A DNA stretch of 63,499 bases, the filler included, from Octopus bimaculoides (taxonomy: Eukaryota): assembly GCF_001194135.2 (NCBI RefSeq). It is 5 parts of 4 records of this genome, joined end to end, with 100 filler letters (N's around TTAATTAATTAA, not from the genome) between each part and the next. Parts side by side here need not be neighbours in the genome. Positions count along the whole stretch, not along the records: positions 44,602 to 55,451 come from NC_069003.1; positions 55,552 to 63,499 come from NC_069000.1; 3 more parts are not named here. One strand, 5' to 3'. Below, piece by piece: positions 49,863-63,175 of this stretch (its first letter is position 1; each line of letters opens with the position of its first letter). The notes below the pieces were generated by a model. The model saw only the letters and a list, made by a program, of their open reading frames with translations, was not told where the DNA came from and ran no database searches. Made by a program: the position numbers and the translations under genes.

Positions 49863-50013
49863 GGCGTGGGTTAGTGCCCTAAAAAGTTTGTTTTTCAATC
49901 ATATGGTTCCGGGTTCAGTCCTACACCGGGCAAGTGTCTTCTACTGTATAGCCTCGGGCCGAATAAATCCTTGTGAGTGGATTTGGCAGACGGAAACTGA
50001 AACAAACCCGTCG
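49863..50013 (+). mobile_element. SINE family D 5' half, degenerate
   Basis: GGGTTCAGTCC..GGGCAAGTGTCTTCTACT..GTGAGTGGATTTGGCAGACGGAAACTGAAA. Confidence 0.82.
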
Positions 50014-50046
50014 AATATGGAGATATATATATACACACACACACGC

Positions 50047-50088
<42 letters not shown>

Positions 50089-50321
50089 NNNNNNNNNNNN
50101 NNNNNNNNNNNNNNNNNNNNGTGTGTGTGTGTGTGTGTGTGTGCGTGTGGCTGCCGAAATTGCAAAGATAATCTGGAACTCGACTGAGGAAAGAAAACTC
50201 CGAATGACCTGTCCTTGTTTTTTCTTATCCCTTTTGTATCATCTGTCTGGATGTCTTGCGTTCTTGTCCCATTTTTTTTGTTTTCCTTCGTTTGTATGTG
50301 TGTATATATATCAAAATAAGC

Positions 50322-50617
50322 AACAAGGATATTCAAAGTTGATGCAGTACGATCGTTTCATGCGACTCAATTTATTTAAGCAATGCGAACATTACATCAA
50401 ATGTAAAATGCAGAGCAATCCTTCCTTTCTACTTGGAGAGTTTAAATGTAGTTATAAAAAATATGTCCTTCTGTTGAAATGTAATTTCAGTAAATATCTA
50501 TATCTTTGTGCAGCTGAGGATTGCTCTGCATTTTACATTTGATGTAATGTTCACATTGCTTAAATAAATGGAGTCGCATCAAACGATCGTACTGCATTAA
50601 CTTTGGATATCTTTGTT
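50322..50617. mobile_element. Foldback/MITE-like element with 101-bp inverted arms
   Basis: 50322-50422 is the reverse complement of 50517-50617 with about 6-7 mismatches; 94-bp spacer. Confidence 0.8.
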
Positions 50618-50892
50618 AATCCATTTATATCGTGAAGTCCTCTACATACGTTTCGACATGTTTCAGAGTGAACGCCTGGATCCAGATCAATATAAATACG
50701 TTACAGTTTGTAGGGCTTCCTTTTTCGGTTACCAAGTTTTTGTTTTTATGAGCTTGTTATCATAAACCTCCCGAAGAGATTATTGTACTGTTGACCATTA
50801 TTTATGCTGCCGGATATTTTGGAGTGCACCCGTCGAAACGATTGTAGAGGACTTCATGATGAACAATATCTTGAGCGTTCGTCTACTTATAT

Positions 50893-50990
<98 letters not shown>

Positions 50991-52063
50991 TGTGTCTTTG
51001 CATCTATATATAGGATGTCACAGACAAATCCAAACGATTGGAGACACTTACAGTGAACATAAGAAACACGATTTTCTATATTTATCCTCACGCGTGTCCC
51101 AATGAAGTATATGTCCCCACTGTCAAAGTTCGAGTGTTTGAGTGTGTGTGTGTGTGTGTGCGTGTGCTTGCGTGTATACTGAATATGTAGGTATACATGT
51201 ATATATGCATATANNNNNNNNNNNNNNNNNNNNNNNNNNNNNNNNNNNNNNNNNNNNNNNNNNNNNNNNNNNNNNNNNNNNNNNNNNNNNNNNNNNNNNN
51301 NNNNNNNNNNNNNNNNNNNNNNNNNNNNNNNNNNNNNNNNNNNNNNNNNNNNNNNNNNNNNNNNNNNNNNNNNNNNNNNNNNNNNNNNNNNNNNNNNNNN
51401 NNNNNNNNNNNNNNNNNNNNNNNNNNNNNNNNNNNNNNNNNNNNNNNNNNNNNNNNNNNNNNNNNNNNNNNNNNNNNNNNNNNNNNNNNNNNNNNNNNNN
51501 NNNNNNNNNNNNNNNNNNNNNNNNNNNNNNNNNNNNNNNNNNNNNNNNNNNNNNNNNNNNNNNNNNNNNNNNNNNNNNNNNNNNNNNNNNNNNNNNNNNN
51601 NNNNNNNNNNNNNNNNNNNNNNNNNNNNNNNNNNNNNNNNNNNNNNNNNNNNNNNNNNNNNNNNNNNNNNNNNNNNNNNNNNNNNNNNNNNNNNNNNNNN
51701 NNNNNNNNNNNNNNNNNNNNNNNNNNNNNNNNNNNNNNNNNNNNNNNNNNNNNNNNNNNNNNNNNNNNNNNNNNNNNNNNNNNNNNNNNNNNNNNNNNNN
51801 NNNNNNNNNNNNNNNNNNNNNNNNNNNNNNNNNNNNNNNNNNNNNNNNNNNNNNNNNNNNNNNNNNNNNNNNNNNNNNNNNNNNNNNNNNNNNNNNNNNN
51901 NNNNNNNNNNNNNNNNNNNNNNNNNNNNNNNNNNNNNNNNNNNNNNNNNNNNNNNNNNNNNNNNNNNNNNNNNNNNNNNNNNNNNNNNNNNNNNNNNNNN
52001 NNNNNNNNNNNNNNNNNNNNNNNNNNNNNNNNNNNNNNNNNNNNNNNNNNNNNNNNNNNNNNN

Positions 52064-52102
<39 letters not shown>

Positions 52103-52212
52103 TAATCGACAGTAGTATTCTGTGACTCATGCCGGCCGACATTCACCTCAATGTAACATATTAGTTGTCAAGTGTCAATATATCAGAACATATGTTCACG
52201 TGTGTATGTGTG

Positions 52213-52243
<31 letters not shown>

Positions 52244-52499
52244 ACATATAATGCTTGTATGTATATATATATATATATACTTAGTTGAACAGTGACAATG
52301 ATGTGCCACGGAACAAGTTGTTGACATGCTTGACGGGTTCGTGTTACAGAAAAATACGATATGATTTAAAATGTCGACCGTGTAATACTTCTACATGCAT
52401 ACATACATATATATACATACATACAAACGGAAAGGTATAGGTATATGTGCTTAAGTATCTATGTATGAATGAATGAATTAGTGTGTGCATGTGTGTGTG

Positions 52500-52545
<46 letters not shown>

Positions 52546-53946
52546 NNNNNNNNNNNNNNNNNNNNNNNNNNNNNNNNNNNNNNNNNNNNNNNNNNNNNNN
52601 NNNNNNNNNNNNNNNNNNNNNNNNNNNNNNNNNNNNNNNNNNNNNNNNNNNNNNNNNNNNNNNNNNNNNNNNNNNNNNNNNNNNNNNNNNNNNNNNNNNN
52701 NNNNNNNNNNNNNNNNNNNNNNNNNNNNNNNNNNNNNNNNNNNNNNNNNNNNNNNNNNNNNNNNNNNNNNNNNNNNNNNNNNNNNNNNNNNNNNNNNNNN
52801 NNNNNNNNNNNNNNNNNNNNNNNNNNNNNNNNNNNNNNNNNNNNNNNNNNNNNNNNNNNNNNNNNNNNNNNNNNNNNNNNNNNNNNNNNNNNNNNNNNNN
52901 NNNNNNNNNNNNNNNNNNNNNNNNNNNNNNNNNNNNNNNNNNNNNNNNNNNNNNNNNNNNNNNNNNNNNNNNNNNNNNNNNNNNNNNNNNNNNNNNNNNN
53001 NNNNNNNNNNNNNNNNNNNNNNNNNNNNNNNNNNNNNNNNNNNNNNNNNNNNNNNNNNNNNNNNNNNNNNNNNNNNNNNNNNNNNNNNNNNNNNNNNNNN
53101 NNNNNNNNNNNNNNNNNNNNNNNNNNNNNNNNNNNNNNNNNNNNNNNNNNNNNNNNNNNNNNNNNNNNNNNNNNNNNNNNNNNNNNNNNNNNNNNNNNNN
53201 NNNNNNNNNNNNNNNNNNNNNNNNNNNNNNNNNNNNNNNNNNNNNNNNNNNNNNNNNNNNNNNNNNNNNNATATATATATATATATATATATATAGGCGC
53301 AAATATATTTATATAAACACACAAACTGATAATAACAGTTATAAATATGTATATTACTTATATATATAAATCTTCAGTATATACACGACGTGCGTGTGTT
53401 TGTGTTTGTGTGTGAGTGTGTGTCTGTTTATACAAGTTTGTATTTAATATATACTTATGAAATTTACACGATAATGTTCATTGCTTGTTAGAGGTTATCT
53501 TTCTTTTTCGTTTTTCTTTTTTCTTTTTGCTGTAGAACCCTTCAACTTCCGTCTGCTCCTTTTCAGTGCCTTAATTTTCTGTTCCCCTTCTATGCTTAAT
53601 TGGCCCCTTACTGCTACCTATCTATCAATTTATCTATCTATGCATTTTTGGTGTTTCTCCTCCGCTTATGTTATCTCTTACGTTGCTGTTCTCGATGTTC
53701 GTGTCCCTTTTTGTGGTTTTTTGTTTTTGTTGCTGTTGTTGATTTTGTTAATGTTGTTTTTTTGTGTTTTGTTTCTGTTTCTTTCGCTTCCTTAATTCTG
53801 TTTCTCTACGGCTTTTCCCCCTCTCTTCTCCCACACCTCACATCTCCCTTACTGTCTTTCTTTCTCATCGTCTCTTTCACACACATAAACTATATTTCTC
53901 TCTCTCTCTCACTGTTTCTCTTTCTTTGTTTATCTAACTCTACGTC

Positions 53947-53947
<1 letters not shown>

Positions 53948-54039
<92 letters not shown>
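53948..54039. repeat. Long (AC)n at the start of a CA-rich low-complexity region extending to 55451
   Basis: Directly visible. Confidence 0.92.
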
Positions 54040-54040
<1 letters not shown>

Positions 54041-54346
54041 TCCGATAGGTAGTTAAACACACAATCATAAATAAAACTCTCTCAACCACTCGCAACCCAT
54101 TCATTTAAGCACACACATACACACACCTCCACCAACCCCAACAAACACACACATGCACACACATACACGTACACACACACATACACACACACGCTCCCTC
54201 TCCCCACCTCTCTCTCTCACTCTCCTTCTGTTCACAATCACACTCTAAGCACACCTACATAGTCACATAGAAGAAAGCACTTCTAAACACATATACAGTC
54301 ATACACACTTACACATTGTCTATTTTTCTATATATCTGTCTGCTTG

Positions 54347-54377
<31 letters not shown>

Positions 54378-55451
54378 TATCTTCTCTTCCCTCCACTCCT
54401 TCTCCCACCTCTTATATATATNNNNNNNNNNNNNNNNNNNNNNNNNNNNNNNNNNNNNNNNNNNNNNNNNNNNNNNNNNNNNNNNNNNNNNNNNNNNNNN
54501 NNNNNNNNNNNNNNNNNNNNNNNNNNNNNNNNNNNNNNNNNNNNNNNNNNNNNNNNNNNNNNNNNNNNNNNNNNNNNNNNNNNNNNNNNNNNNNNNNNNN
54601 NNNNNNNNNNNNNNNNNNNNNNNNNNNNNNNNNNNNNNNNNNNNNNNNNNNNNNNNNNNNNNNNNNNNNNNNNNNNNNNNNNNNNNNNNNNNNNNNNNNN
54701 NNNNNNNNNNNNNNNNNNNNNNNNNNNNNNNNNNNNNNNNNNNNNNNNNNNNNNNNNNNNNNNNNNNNTATATATATATATAATATAAATAATATAAATA
54801 AAAAAATATAAATAATATATACTGAGACGTATTCTGCATAGGCAATCACTTATAAACACGCACAACTACTTACACTCACTTACACACACGCGCACACACG
54901 CACACACACACACACACACATATACACAAATATGCATACCCACATATATACACATAGACACAAATAAACACACATGCAAACACATACACAAATACACTCA
55001 CCCACACACAGACATATGCACACACAAATACATACATATACACACGCACACACACATACACTGTGATCCTGACATACATATAAACACACACACACCTTTT
55101 GTTTCACTCACACACACACACACACGATTTTCAGCTCTCCCACCCACCTGTCACTCAATTACGTATTCGCACCAACACACACACACACACAGAGTCTATT
55201 TTACACACACACACACACATACACATATACACACGCATACACACACATTCTCACACACATTCACATACAACATTCTGTTTGACACGCGCACACACACACA
55301 CTCCTACACACGCAAGCGCGTACACATTCTCAGACACACACACATGCACACATAGCCAAACACACACGCACGTACATTCACTCGTTACATATCTCCAACA
55401 CACGCACGCACACACATAATTACACTCTTATATATCCCACACAAACATAGA

Positions 55452-55551
55452 NNNNNNNNNNNNNNNNNNNNNNNNNNNNNNNNNNNNNNNNNNNNTTAAT
55501 TAATTAANNNNNNNNNNNNNNNNNNNNNNNNNNNNNNNNNNNNNNNNNNNN
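55452..55551. other. Scaffold-joining linker
   Basis: 44 N + TTAATTAATTAA (55496-55507) + 44 N. Confidence 0.95.
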
Positions 55552-55602
<51 letters not shown>

Positions 55603-55817
55603 GTGAATGGACTGTAGAAAAATCGGCTGCAAGTAAGTAGAATTTTGTGTAGAAAAACTGTTTATTTGTGGAATATTTTTGTGAAAGAGTTGTCTAACAT
55701 CATCTCTTTCAACCCCAATAAATCTTGTGATAGGAAATTCCCCTACTTGAGTAGATTTCCACAATTTTAATACATTTTCTTCGGTTTCCTTGCTATATTC
55801 TAAACGAAACTGGCTAA

Positions 55818-57579
55818 ATGGAAACATCATGCCATTGACTTCCCGCCTCTACCAAAGCCAAGGGTGAGGGAAGCTGAAAACAAAGGCGTTCCGCTTGAAC
55901 ACACAGAGGCTTTCGAAGATACAAACAAAGAAGCAAAGACAACGTTTACTACTATGAACACTGCCTCCACCACTACCACCACCAGTACCGTCATCACCAC
56001 CACAACCAACACGAACATTTAAAACAATTTTGCAGCAGCTTTAAAGCTGAAGAAAAGTATCATGTCCGTTTCGAAGGAAGAACTGCTTGTCTGCAAGGCA
56101 ATGTTTAAAAAAGACGAACACACCATACAACTACAGACACCACAAAAAGTCACAGAAGAAATCTAAAAAACAAAACAAAAAAAAACAAACAAACCCAATT
56201 ATTTACAAGACATTCAACCTAAAAACAAAATTATACGAGGCGGCCACTCAAGAAACAGTAGAAAAATGTTTAAGGCCTATATAGGCCTTTAAAGACTACA
56301 TCACGAGGGGAAACAAATTTGCCATGATCGAAGTTAGATTCGACAGTGAAGAACGAGCCAAGGATCTCTCCACAATGATCAACTTAATAATGATCCCTAC
56401 ATACCTTGGTCGTAGGGTCACAAAAAAAAAAAAAAAATGTGCCCCCTGAAATAGAAATAAAAGGACTTGTGACTGTTACGATATCGAAGAAGAAATCCAT
56501 ATCTTGGAAATCGCTGTTCTGGACCAACAAAATTGGGTTGGTCAACGAATTGAAATCCTTGCTCAAATTGATCCGATCAACTTTGAAAGAATTCCTCATC
56601 AAATCAAACTGACAGACGATTCGACTTTGCATGTGGCCGTCGAAGGCAGAAAGCCACGTTGCTACATTTGTGGTAGCAATGACACTTGAAAATCAGTTGC
56701 CAATTAGCACAGAAACAACATCAACAGCAATAACAACGACAACAAAATCCCGAACAACAACCACAAGAAAACCAAAAACCGAGAAAAGAACCAGTACTGC
56801 TACCCACACCGCCATATGCACAACTAATTAAACAATTCTACAAACAAATGAAGGAACATCAGTAACCAACAAACTAGCCCAACCAAACACCATCACCACC
56901 ACCACCACCGCCACGAAGAACAGAACACCATCACCACCACCAACAACAACAACTCCAAAGTCCAAAGGAAGAAGAGAAAACCAAAAAGACTCATACTTCA
57001 CCCTCAAAAACCCATACACCACATCCCAACTGTCACTAACCAGCACCTACACCAACAACAAAATCAACACTTAGAAATAGACCCCATTACCTTTCCCCTC
57101 CCACCTCCTGATTCCTCTGACATGTCAAATGAAGACGACATAGAAGATTGGCAAGTGGCCACAGGGGGAAGGAGGAAAAGAAGGGAAAAAATAGAGAAGC
57201 AGACAAACAAAGCAGGGAGGTTTTCCGCTCCCGAAACCAAAACACCCGCAGAAAACAAAATCATCAACACAAACACACTACACCAAACGCTCCAACAATG
57301 TTGACAGCTATAAACACCAACAATCCAGACCTAATGGAATACATTAGGTCAAACACCAACATAACAGAAAACGATACCAAAACAAGTAATTATCCACACA
57401 CAACACCACCACAACACATTAAAATCATACACATAACACAGAGCACACACAGCACACTGAAATCTCTATTTTCGGATGCAGTAGGGAGATTTCAAAAATA
57501 CCTGCCTAAAAAACTATACAAAAACCTTCTGGGAGAAGACTGTGAGGTGAAGGACATACAACTTTCGGACAGTAAGTGA
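55818..57579 (+). pseudogene. Tx1-type ORF1, fragmented
   Basis: IEVRFDSEERAK, NVPPEI, FERIPHQI..VEGRKPRCYICG; Thr-rich spacers; many frameshifts; start approximate. Confidence 0.8.
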
Positions 57580-57638
57580 CTCTCTCTCATTCTCTTTTGT
57601 CTTCCTTTCGCGTGTAAAACACAACTTTCAATAGGAAC

Positions 57639-59583
57639 ATGCTCAAAATAGGTAGTATAAATGTACGTGGCTTGGGATCGCCTTGGAAACAAGGTTACCA
57701 GTTAAATGACATCAAGTCACAGAATGTGCATATCATAGCCATCAGCGAGATCAGACTCGACAACCCGCGGACCCACCAGCACATGTTCGGCGGACATTTA
57801 TTTCTCTCCGTATCTGCCGAGAATGGGCGAAGGTGGCACCGCGGTGCTTCTTCGGAAGAGTCTGGACCTCAAAGTAAGTGCAATTTTCCTAGACCCGGAG
57901 TGTAGGCTGGTCGTCTTGGATGTCGATGGCAGTAATGGTTGTGCTTTTCGGCTTATAACAGTTTATGCACCGTCCTTAACAGGTCGGCCAGATTTCTTTC
58001 GGCGTCTTGAGGTTTTCCTGGGAACGCCTCAACCTTTACTTTTAGTGGGGGATTGGAACGATACCTTGGATACGCATCTAGACTACGTGGGCAGAGATAG
58101 TAATAGGAGGGGATGTAAATACCCCAAAGACTTGCTCAGACGTTTCCAACTGTCTGACAGGTACCTACTGGACCACCCGAATGAGCCAATGTGGACATGA
58201 AGCAACCGCATCGGGTCGTCAGATCGTATTTAAATAGAGTATTATGTAGGACAGTGAATAAGGATAGTGTAGGTTGTCCACAATTCCATATAGTCAGCTA
58301 CACAGATTACAAATTTGTGACTTGTACACTTGACTTGAATAAGACACATACGCATGGTCTCGGTTACTGGGAGTTGAACGCGTCGTTCACGGCTCGCCAG
58401 ACTTACAGGGACCGGATTAACACATGGGTTAAGAGAGCATTGATGGGCGCCATCTTCAACAATAGATGGTGGTATGCCCTAAGAAAGCAATTAAAACAGA
58501 ATCAGTTAGGTACAGTAAGGCCCTAGCATAAGACCAAAATAATATAGAGGGAAACTTAGTTAAGAAATTAGAAGAGGCACTTAGAATTGACATCGCGTCC
58601 TACGTACTGATGGCGAGGTTAGCCCTAGACCAACACTTCAACGTCAAACACGAAGGATGAGTTGTGAGAGCTAGGATGCGTGTTCTGAGGAACGAAGTAG
58701 TTGGAGCCGCCCCAGAGGCCCAAATGGCGGAGGCACAACGAGGCAACAAAGACACCATTAGGTCTCTGACAGATAAGCAGGGGCGCGAATTACGCGAGCC
58801 CGAAAGGATGTGTGAGGCCTTTCAACAACACTTTGCTCGGCTGTTCGGGACAATTGGTGGGTTAGAACGCAGGGTGGACTCTAGTGCATATCTGCATGGC
58901 TTGCCACGACTCTCGGGAAGAGAAGCGGAGTGTTGGGAAAGGCCCATCACAGCTGCAGACGTACGGGATGCAATGGCAGTCTGCGCGGGAGACGAGCCGC
59001 CAGGCTTGGATGGTCTGCTCTACGAAATTTATTGTCATATGCCAGACTTGTTTGGAGGCATCTTGGCAGCTGTCTACTGCAACTGGCAGCAAAACAGGAT
59101 TTTCCCCGCTTCTGTGAAGCGAGGAGAGGTTGTACTGCTAAAGAAAGATCTAAACAAGGGGAATGTCATAGGTAACTTCAGGCCCATCACTCTGCTGAAC
59201 GCAGATTTGAAGATTTTGGCCAAGGTGTTAGCCGAGGGGGTTGGCGCTTGTCATCGAGAAACTGGTCGACAAGGCACAAACGTGCGCCTTGCCGGGTAGA
59301 GGTTTCTATGACAATCTCCATCTGATGCGCTACATCATAGACATGGTAGTTGAGGAACCTGGCACGGGTGGGGCGCTGATCAATTTAAATCAATCAAAAG
59401 CTTTCGATAGGGTAGATCATCACTACTTGGAGGCTGTCCTTAGAGCGGCTGGTTTCGGTCCCATCTTCCGCGGCTGGATCGCTGCCCTATAAAGCGTCAT
59501 CCGCTCGGTAGTTCGCGTAAATAGTCATCTGTCCAGACCATTTAACATCTCGCGTTCGGTTCGTCAAGGATGCACCCCTCTCG
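57639..59583 (+). pseudogene. Tx1-type ORF2: APE endonuclease plus RT N-terminal domains
   Basis: IGSINVRGL, LITVYAP, LVGDWN, YTDYKFV, PPGLDGL, NFRPITLLNADLKILAK, NQSKAFDRVDH, VRQGC. Confidence 0.93.
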
Positions 59584-59870
59584 TTTTACAATCACTATCC
59601 ATGCAGTTTATTCGGTAAACTACATTTTTGGTTTTGCAGTTGATACTAGGGCTATATTTGCACATTGCGCAGTTTTCTACACACGTGGTCTTTCTGAAAG
59701 GGTATGTTTTGCATATTATTGACCTGATGGATCTCCCTGATTTTTGCATGACTTTTATGTACAAATCCATCAGGATTTTTCTAAATCTGCGGGCTAGTTC
59801 TCCGTGTGGTGTGGCTTCAACAAACATCATTCCTTGGAACTTGTCAGTATTGTACCAATGGTCGCAGTTT
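59581..59870 (-). mobile_element. Penelope-like fragment (thumb/Cys linker to GIY-YIG start)
   Basis: MFVEATPHGELARRFRKIL..KSGRSI..PF..C..CAMC..CKTKNVVYRINC. Confidence 0.75.
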
Positions 59871-60886
59871 CATGGAACATACAAGTAAAAGATAAAAGAT
59901 ATATTTTTATATTCATATACATATATGCATGTGTGTGTGCATGTATGTGTTTAAAGCCTCAATTTTATTCTTCCATACCCACCTGTCATTGTGCCAATCT
60001 CTTTTAATGATGTTCATTTTGATTTCATCTATTTTCTGAACGTAGATTTTCCCAGAATAACGCGATTAGTTTGACGTCCCATGTTAACTGTTGTAGTTGC
60101 AACAAAAAGACCCTTCTTTGCGTTTAACGAAATTTCAGTAGCATTTGGTGTACATATCCGTTCTAATGCCGTCATAAATCTCCAATATTTACGTCATCAG
60201 AAAATAAGAAACATTTTTATTATGCTCCATTTTCTGAAATGCAATTTTTATTTCCTATCTAACTCAATCCCCAAATAACTGATAAGTCCTGTCAGTTATT
60301 GATAACATTAGTGCTGATTTGTTTGGTTCTGTACCCATTGATTTGTCATTAAACACCGACTGATAGATCACATTACAAAGCAATACAATCAACTGCAAAT
60401 GTCTTTCTGTCTCTCAAAGTTAACATTTTTGTAGACTATCCTATCGGAATCTGTCGTAACCTTCTTTGTTTAAGATCTCGATAAGAAAGTAATTAATTAG
60501 TTTGGCTTATATTTCGTGTTAACGATAGATCAATTGCTTTCTTAAATTTTAGTTTTCCACATTATCGTGATCTTGGTCAGATATGTATTGCAATCCCCCT
60601 GCGTTTCATCCAATGAGTCCATATTTTAAAGGTTACTTGGCAAATTTTTCTTTGACAATTCCTTCAAGAAAATAAAACTGCAGAGTAAAAAGCAAATTTT
60701 GTGTGTAGGTGCTTACTCTGTCACAGAATTGCAACGAAATTACATTTTAGTGTTTTAAACAAGAAGTTATAGGACAATGTACTCCAGGATACACTACAAC
60801 AACCACAACAACGTACTAAAGCGAATGGCTTTAGTTGTTCAATGCCTATATTTTCAGTTTTCGCTTTAAAACCCATACCAGAGTTC

Positions 60887-60953
<67 letters not shown>

Positions 60954-60964
60954 ACTATCTATCC

Positions 60965-61033
<69 letters not shown>

Positions 61034-61055
61034 ACTAACTAACTAACTATCTGTC
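60887..61055. repeat. (TATC)n grading into (TAAC)n and (TGTC)n
   Basis: Directly visible. Confidence 0.95.
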
Positions 61056-61967
61056 TGTCAGACTATCTTCTTGTCGGTCTATCTAGCTCAAATCTTTTAC
61101 TTACAACAGTAAAGTATTCTAGATATGTTATTCTGGAGTATCACATGTGCATTATTCCATAATAAATACTGATATTTTTGCTTCACAATAAGGTTAACTG
61201 TTGTTAAGCATCAGATCCATCCAATCCTCTTCTAGCTGTCCTATAATCAAAACTGCTTCTGCCATGGCTATGCCGGCTCTTTTTTTGTTTATGTTTGTCT
61301 AAGTCCTTCATTTCTTGTTTCAAAGACGAAAGATTGCGGGTTGTTTGGTGACTTTGCTGCTATTCTAACAGGTCGCACGATGGCCTGGAAGCTTTCATCG
61401 GTGATTCGAGCCACAGGAACGTATTAACACCTGCACTACTTGACAAGTATTTCTTTTTCTTTTACTTTATTGACCTAGAGAGAATGAATTCTAAGACAAG
61501 AGTTTCTTAATAGTTAACGTAACTAACAAGGTTTGTGTAGCACTTTCTCTGTCTTTACCCTATAGATGGATACTGGATTAAATAATTTGCGATATTTAGC
61601 TACAGATCATTTACGTTTGCTTTCAAATATTGTCACTTTGCTCGATTTGTATTTTGTCTATTCTCAATGATCGATGGTGTCAGTTAAGTCAGTTTAATCA
61701 ATAATACCTCTGCTTCAGATGCGTAGCCTAGTATGTGTATATGCTTGACATGCATACATGCACACAGACACACACACACGCACACACACACACACATATG
61801 CATATAGAAATATATATTGATAAATATACAAAGCTTTACATAAGTAAATATACGAATAAATTAATACAACTTTAATTAGATATTTGTTTACTTAAATTTT
61901 CTTTACATGATTTTTTGTTTGTTTTGAATTTGCTTTGTTTTTATATTTTTCTTGTCATTCTTTCTAG

Positions 61968-63111
61968 ATTTAAGAAGTACGGGCTGCTCATGATAGTTAC
62001 TATGGTTGTCATATATGGATTTATTCGCATCTACGCCGGGAATTTAGATTTTAAACTAACAGTGCCTTCAAAGTTACCAAAGCATTATTCTTTTATAACT
62101 ACCACACAGCTACTACACAGCAACTTTCATCGAGGACCGGGCTATTTTAAAACGTGTAAACCTCAATCTGATGTTGTTTTTTTAAAAGTACACAAAGCTG
62201 GGAGTACCACCGTGATGAATATATTACTTCGTTATGGATTATATCATAAACTCGTATTTGTCTTACCGAAGAATAGCAATTATATCAACAGACAATCAGA
62301 ACTGGATGTCAATAGAATCCTTCCACCACCAAAGGGCAAACGTTACAATATTCTGTGTAACCATTCCGTCTACAACAGATCCGTATTCCATAATTTATTT
62401 CCTCCTGGTACTTTCTACCTTGCTATCATCCGGCAACCATTTGAACAATTTAAATCTGCATTTAATTATTACGGTGTGACCCGAATTGTAATGCGCCAAA
62501 AGAATTCTTCAACCAATCCTCTCCGAGATTACTTACAGCTACGAAAGAAAATTTCAATTCCGAAGTCTATGAATTTTGTCAATAATCGAATGGCGTATGA
62601 TTTCGGAATCGCCCCGGAGAATTTTACGAATAACAAGGCAATTAAAGACTATATTGAAATTCTTGATAAGGATTTTGACTTAGTGATGATAATGGAGTAT
62701 TTTGATGAATCTCTTATTCTACTTCGTCGATATCTTTGTTGGACCATGAAAGATATCGTTTCAGTAAGATTAAATGCACGCAAGAGCAAAATCGAAACAT
62801 CAATGGATGACTTTGAAAGACACAAAAATATAACCATGGCAGATTATATGATATACGAACACTTTTTAGGGACCTTTTGGAAGCTGGTCGCTTTAGAAGG
62901 ATCTTCATTCTTCAAAGAATTGAGTCACTATAAACAGATACGAAAAATAATCGAAGCGTTTTGCAAAGGTGAATCAAAAGACAGAAAGATTGTAATTCCA
63001 AGTTCTAACTGGAATATGGCGTTTGAAATATCCCAAATAGAATGTAAACATATTATTATTGGGGAAATAGCTTTTCTTGATATAATCAGAAAATTACAGT
63101 ATCCTATATGA
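61968..63111 (+). CDS. GAL3ST: Galactose-3-O-sulfotransferase family protein; large terminal exon, start codon probably in an upstream exon (first in-exon ATG 61990)
   Basis: Uninterrupted ORF; TM segment after FKK; 5'-PSB VVFLKVHKAGSTTV; 3'-PB IIRQPFEQFKSAFNYY; FDLVMIMEYFDESLILLRRYLCW; pyrimidine tract plus TAG acceptor at 61965-61967; symbol is family-level only. Confidence 0.92.
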
Positions 63112-63175
63112 ATACATATTTATGAAACGCCACGCTTCCTCTTCCAAGCAAGTTTTATATATATATATATATATA

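Larger units (their letters stand above)
55600..59583 (+). mobile_element. L1/Tx1-type LINE with 5' end present, 3' truncated in RT, decayed
   Basis: 5' UTR after (CT)n; two-ORF layout; APE and RT motifs. Confidence 0.92.

Noticed and set aside
3626-54865. Dozens of long ORFs containing X runs
   Set aside because: They are open only because N gaps have no stops; the flanks are microsatellite translations.
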